Of a stretch of DNA of 64,000 bases, positions 59,051 to 64,000 are shown piece after piece. The translations under genes were made by a program, and so were the position numbers. Where the stretch lies: contig NW_027117347.1 in assembly GCF_038025025.1 (NCBI RefSeq), positions 124,001 through 188,000 of the forward strand, given 5' to 3'. Position 1 is the first letter of the stretch; every line of letters begins with the position of its first letter. Below the pieces are notes generated by a model that was not told the DNA's origin, did not search any database, and saw only the letters and a list, made by a program, of their open reading frames with translations. The stretch comes from Phyllosticta citribraziliensis (Eukaryota).

Positions 59051-60525
59051 CCACCCATCACACCGACTCTTCTTCGCCAAACCTACTCTTCATCTCTTCA
59101 TCTCCTCGACGCTGCGACACCAGCCGCGCCCAAGGAAACCAGAAACATCTCACCTGGGCCGACATCATCGACGCGCAAACAAACCGCGCACGCCGACGCG
59201 CGGACGAGCCGACCGACAGGAGTGGCATCGAGGGTTGGCATCGGCGGCCCAACGAGACAAGCCTGGGCCAAGGCTGCTTCGGCTGGGCGATTGCGACGGT
59301 TGGGTTGGGTTGTGCGGTGCTCACACCGCTTTCCGTGTGTAGGCGCAGTGAGTTGGTGCGCTGTGGTTTGAAAGATTTAAGCAAGTGAGAGTCGGGAAAA
59401 GAGGAGAAAATAAGGAACGGAGAGGGGCGTAGGAAAGAAAACGCGAAGGTATTGAATGAGGAAAGACGATTGAACAACGGAAATAATCTTCGGTCTTGAA
59501 CTGCGGCTCTGACAAAGTTCCGCGAGGGCCCGAACGACGGGAATTCAGGACAACCACAGGTCCCTGAAGATTGCAAGCAAAACAACATCCAGGAAAGTTT
59601 GGAAACAGACGGACGGCGAAAGATTTCCTGGACCAGAAAATTCCGCGAGACGCAAGGACGAAAGCAAAAAACCAACGCGAAATCAGGGTTCAAGAGCGGA
59701 AGCAAGACGTGAAACGAGAGGGTAAACTTACCGACGCGAAAGAGGCTCAAGCAAAGACTACGCCCGACCGACCGACGACGCTTTGTCAGACCTCAGACCA
59801 ATTGGACAGGGACAGGAATAGCTCACGTCAGCCTCGAGTCCTGGGCTTCTTGGCGGGGAATACCAACCGCAAGCAAGGCGGACAGCGAATCCCAAGGAAT
59901 CGAGACGAGAATAGCGACGCGAGAGAGAGTCGAGATCGAGAGACGATTCGAAACAAACCGCCGCGCTGCGCCGCGCCAGACAGCACAACGCACGAGAAAT
60001 CCCAAGAGCGCGCCCGCTTCTTTCTTTGTCACAAGCCAGCCGGCAGCGATCGCGCGCAGCTCAAGACCCTGTCATTCACCTCAACTCTGACACCTTGCCA
60101 TAACCCTCTCAATCACACCCACCTCCCCCTATCCGTGCGGCTGAAAGTTGGCTTTGCGCGAAGCTTGCCGCTGTTTCTTCGAATCGGTCGGCCAAGTATT
60201 GCTGCGGCAACCCAGCTCTACCTGCCCAACCCAGAGCCCAGCCCAGAGCCGAACCCGTGTCCCAAGCCAAGGAAGCCAGGCCGAGCCAAGCTCAGGGCAA
60301 GCCGGAGCAAGGTAACCGCCGCCAGGCACGAAACCTTAATTGCTCGCGACGGGATCTGCAGACCCTCTGCGGGAAGTTCGTGTAGTGACGGCAACGGACG
60401 GCAGGGCAAAATACGGTGGTTGTGTTGACGGGTTGGTGCGAGACGCTGGTCAAAGAGATACAAAGAAGAGACGGCACGGAACGGGGCCTGTTGCTGTAGA
60501 AGGACAGCGGAACTGGAAAATTGAA

Positions 60526-61257
60526 ATGACAACGACAAAAACGTTGGAGTTGCGGCAGGTAGGCAGGGCGCCGGGACGGGAAAAGACGGCGGAAGACTCG
60601 CGTCTGTCGTTGCTGGGCCTGCCTGCCGAGATACGCAACCAGATTTGGGAATACGTCTTTCCGACGCACAATACGTCAACATGGCTCTCGCTCCTCCTCA
60701 CCAGCCGCCAGATCCATGCCGAAACGCTTCTCCTGGCATACTCGCGGACTCCGTTTGCGACACCGCTGTGCCGGCCGTCGGCGCTGACGCAACGTCTCAC
60801 GGTGCTCTCGCCGGCACAGGTGCGGGCGATTCGAAGCCTGACGTTTACGTACGCGCCGCGGACGGCGGCCAGGTCGTGGGATGGCGATTGGCGGCCGCTG
60901 CTCTTTCCCGTGTACGTGCAATGTCGCAAGTTGTTGTGGGAGGCGGTGCGGCTGCTGCCAGGGGTGCGGAGCGTCAGGTTTGTCTTGGATGGAGGCACGC
61001 AAGGGGGGGCAGCAGGGGGTGAGGGGGAGGGGGCCAAGGGGCCGAGCAGACGGCGGACGGTTGGAGGGACCAAATTCTTCTTCGACACGGTGATTGGGGT
61101 GGGGTTGACGGAGAGGAGCGGGCGAGGCGAGAGGCACGCGTGGGACGAGCGGTGGAGCGTCCTGCCAGGGGAAGAGGGCGACGAGAGAGCCGTGTGGCTG
61201 GTCGAGGGCGAGCGGTGGGTACGGGTCGAGGTCGCCCGGTTGCCGCTGGGAGGTTGA
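60526..61257 (+). CDS. Hypothetical protein with F-box-like motif
   Basis: RLSLLGLPAEIRNQIWEYVF...LLLTSRQIHAETLLLAYSRTPF. Start codon uncertain. Confidence 0.7.
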   Translation: MTTTKTLELRQVGRAPGREKTAEDSRLSLLGLPAEIRNQIWEYVFPTHNTSTWLSLLLTSRQIHAETLLLAYSRTPFATPLCRPSALTQRLTVLSPAQVRAIRSLTFTYAPRTAARSWDGDWRPLLFPVYVQCRKLLWEAVRLLPGVRSVRFVLDGGTQGGAAGGEGEGAKGPSRRRTVGGTKFFFDTVIGVGLTERSGRGERHAWDERWSVLPGEEGDERAVWLVEGERWVRVEVARLPLGG

Positions 61258-62175
61258 CGTGCCTTGCCTTGCGTCTGGGGGGATTTGACGTTGCGTCATT
61301 TGGTCCCTGATCGATCAATGTGGAGTGTGCGTTTTGGCGTTGACCGCATGGTGCATCATGGCTCCATCATTTTGCAAGTTTTGACGTTGCATGTTTCGGA
61401 TGGCGACAGATGGGATTGCATGACTTTTGATGAATTGCAGTCCCGGCGCATTTTCGCTTTGGTGGTCCTTGGGTGCGGGCACGGTAGATAGCGGAGCCGA
61501 GTAAAAACCCGTGGTAGCACAATGACAACGTCAGCGCTTCCTTTGAAAGTGGTGATGGCCAAGTCGATCAGGCTGACGGGCGGCGGCGTCGTGTCTTGGG
61601 TTACTGTAGCGGGAGTGAGAGGTCGCCTCCGCTCGCCTCCCCGCAAATTGGAGTGTGCCTGACTAGGAGTAGGAGTAGCAGCGGACCCGGGCCCATGACT
61701 TGGCCTGGTCCACGTGCGACGAGCCGTGGCGACGAGACCGGGACTGGGCGGTCTGGGCGACGGATTGGGGGCAGGGATTGAGAGGAGAGAGAAAGACGAC
61801 GAGTGCGGTGGTGCTGTGGGTAGAAAGTAATGTACTGTACTGTACTGTACTGTAGGTGTCGAGCTAGCTGCCCGCCAAGGCGCTAGCGAGAGACCAGTCA
61901 CTCAGGGCCCAAGTCCCGTCGGATCCCACTCGCAGCACTCGACACACCTCCACCTCACATACCCAACCCATCGCCCGACACACACGACCATTCCACCCCC
62001 ACGAACCACCACGGCTACCATCCCGCTCACCACCTTTGCCTCGTCCTCCAAACATTCAACCCCCTCCTCGTCCCACCCCGATCACCTCACCCGCCACGGC
62101 TCCTCCCAACCTTCGTCTCCCTTCCCCGGGGCTTCCGCCGACGGACTGCCCCCGTGGACCACGTCCACCGCCACA

Positions 62176-63954
62176 ATGGACAACAACACGACCACGACCA
62201 ACCACTCTCGACGGAGATCGACCTCGCTCATCGGTCCCGCCGCCACCGTCGGTCGCTCCAACTCGCTGCGCTCGCAAAAGGGCCACCGCAGGACCATGTC
62301 CGAGCACATCCCTGAGGCCGCCGAGGACAAGCAGGACCTCGACTACGGCGACAGCTCCAGCTCCGGCCTCGACGACGAAGAAGGCCTCACCGACGACGAG
62401 GAGACGGGCCTCACATCCAAGGACCGCCGGAAACGAAGAAGGAGAAAGAGGAGAAACACCCGCCTCGACGAGCGCATAGCCTCTGATGTCACCATCTCAA
62501 AGGAGGAGGAGAAGATTGCTACAGCCACCTTTGTCAAGGCCTCTCTCATCAACACTACTCTAATCGCTCTCTGGTTTGTGCTCCCTCCCCCTTTCTTGAG
62601 CCCTTCTAACCTCTGACCCAGGTACTTTTTCTCCATATCCATCTCAATCGTACGTAACCGACCCACTGCCCGTCATGGCTCGTGCTCACCATCAACAGTA
62701 CAACAAGTGGATGTTTGCAGCAAGCGAGGACGGTCAATCCAACCTCAACTTCCCCTTTCCGCTCTTCACGACGTGCCTGCACATGGTGGTCCAATTCACC
62801 CTCGCCTCGCTCGTCCTCTACTTCTTCCCGAAATTCCGACCGCGACACGACTCGCTCGACTCGCATCATGATTCCGCTCGGGCGCCCCCCCGGCGAGAAG
62901 AGCCGACGGATCCGAACAAACCGCTCATGACCAAGTGGTTCTACTGCACGCGCATCGGCCCGTGCGGTGCTGCCACCGGTCTAGACATTGGCCTGGGCAA
63001 CATGAGCCTCAAGTTTATTTCTCTCACCTTTTTCAGTGCGTAGCCCTCTTTTTTCCCTGCATCCAACTAACATGTCCAGCCATGTGCAAATCCTCCGTCC
63101 TCGGCTTCGTCCTCCTTTTTGCCTTTATTTTCCGCCTAGAAAAGCCGTCGTGGAAGCTTGGGGCAATCATACTGACCATGACCGTTGGTGTGATTATGAT
63201 GGTTGCGGGCGAGACGGCGTTCAACGCCCTCGGCTTCATTCTCATCATGTCGTCGGCCCTCGCGTCCGGCTTTCGGTGGTCGCTGACTCAGATTCTGCTG
63301 CTCCGGAATCCTGCCACGTCGAATCCCTTTTCTAGCATCTTCTTCCTCGCACCCGTCATGTTTCTCAGTCTTTTTGTCATTGCCGTGCCCGTCGAGGGCT
63401 TTGCGGAGCTCTGGGAGGGATTTGCCCAGCTCCGAGCCGCCAAGGGCCTGATGCTCAGCATCCTGATTCTCATGTTCCCCGGAACCCTCGCCTTCCTCAT
63501 GACGGCGTCCGAGTTTGCTCTGCTGAAGCGAACCAGCGTCGTCACGCTCAGCGTGTGCGGCATCTTCAAAGAAATCGTCACCATCACGGCGGCATCGCTC
63601 GTGTTTGACGACCGCCTCACGACCATCAACGTGTCGGGGCTGCTGGTGACGATTGGCAGCATCGCGGCGTACAACTGGATCAAGGTCAAGCAGATGCACG
63701 AGGACGCGCGGCTCGAGGCGCGCCTGGCGGCCGAAGAATACCAACCCGTGCTGAGCGCCGAGCCGGGGGATGAGTACCATGTGGATGGGCAGCGGGTAGG
63801 CCTCCCCGGTTCCAGCAGCAGTCGAGTGCGTAACAGTCTGAGCATTCAGCCAGTGCGCGATGCGGACCGTCTTTTGCTCGGCGAGACAGCGGCGCAGCAG
63901 CAATCAACACCGGTTCGGCAGAGTCCGGTCAAGAGACCGGAGGACTTGGATTGA
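62176..63954 (+). CDS. TPT-family nucleotide-sugar/phosphate transporter (Ymd8/SLC35C2-like)
   Basis: WYFFSISISIYNKWMF, FPFPLFTTCLHM, ATGLDIGLGNMSL, CKSSVLGFVLLFAFIFRLE, SGFRWSLTQ and TLSVCGIFKE. Three introns, including one around a 28-nt exon. Confidence 0.92.
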
Positions 63955-64000
63955 GCGGAATGAAAAGAGCGGTAGCGGTAGCATTTTGATTTCTTCTTCT

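Noticed and set aside
59571..60428. 285-aa basic ORF
   Set aside because: Non-ATG start, no codon bias or motif; more likely UTR or intergenic sequence.
1..64000. Transposons, RIP-degraded tracts, tRNA or rRNA genes
   Set aside because: No transposase/RT motifs, terminal repeats, extended AT-rich tracts or recognisable RNA-gene motifs were seen by eye.

Overview
Eukaryotic genomic DNA from a GC-rich filamentous ascomycete, probably a Dothideomycete. This is inferred from short 41-60 nt GT-AG introns with CTAAC/CTGAC branch sites, gene content and SSR-rich spacers. About 24 protein-coding genes are present. Recognisable ones include AIM24 (partial), ATM1, an alpha/beta hydrolase, RAD54, an M28 aminopeptidase, a cellobiose dehydrogenase with a huge Ser/Thr/Gly tail, two MFS transporters, a GST-like protein, a kelch membrane protein, KAR9, acylphosphatase, a quinone oxidoreductase, a DUF4449-type protein, malic enzyme and a TPT-family transporter. 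I found no tRNA, rRNA, CRISPR array or intact transposon. The most unusual region is 27.2-32.3 kb: a tail-to-tail pair of diverged paralogous orphan genes built from five copies of an unrecognised ~65-80 aa module. Each copy is introduced by a phase-1 intron, and the pair sits next to a C4 zinc-ribbon orphan gene. Also notable are a low-complexity ORF with five RLRL-type motifs and an adjacent degenerate ~300-bp tandem array (47.6-50.5 kb). All exon structures were inferred by eye; no database searches were run.
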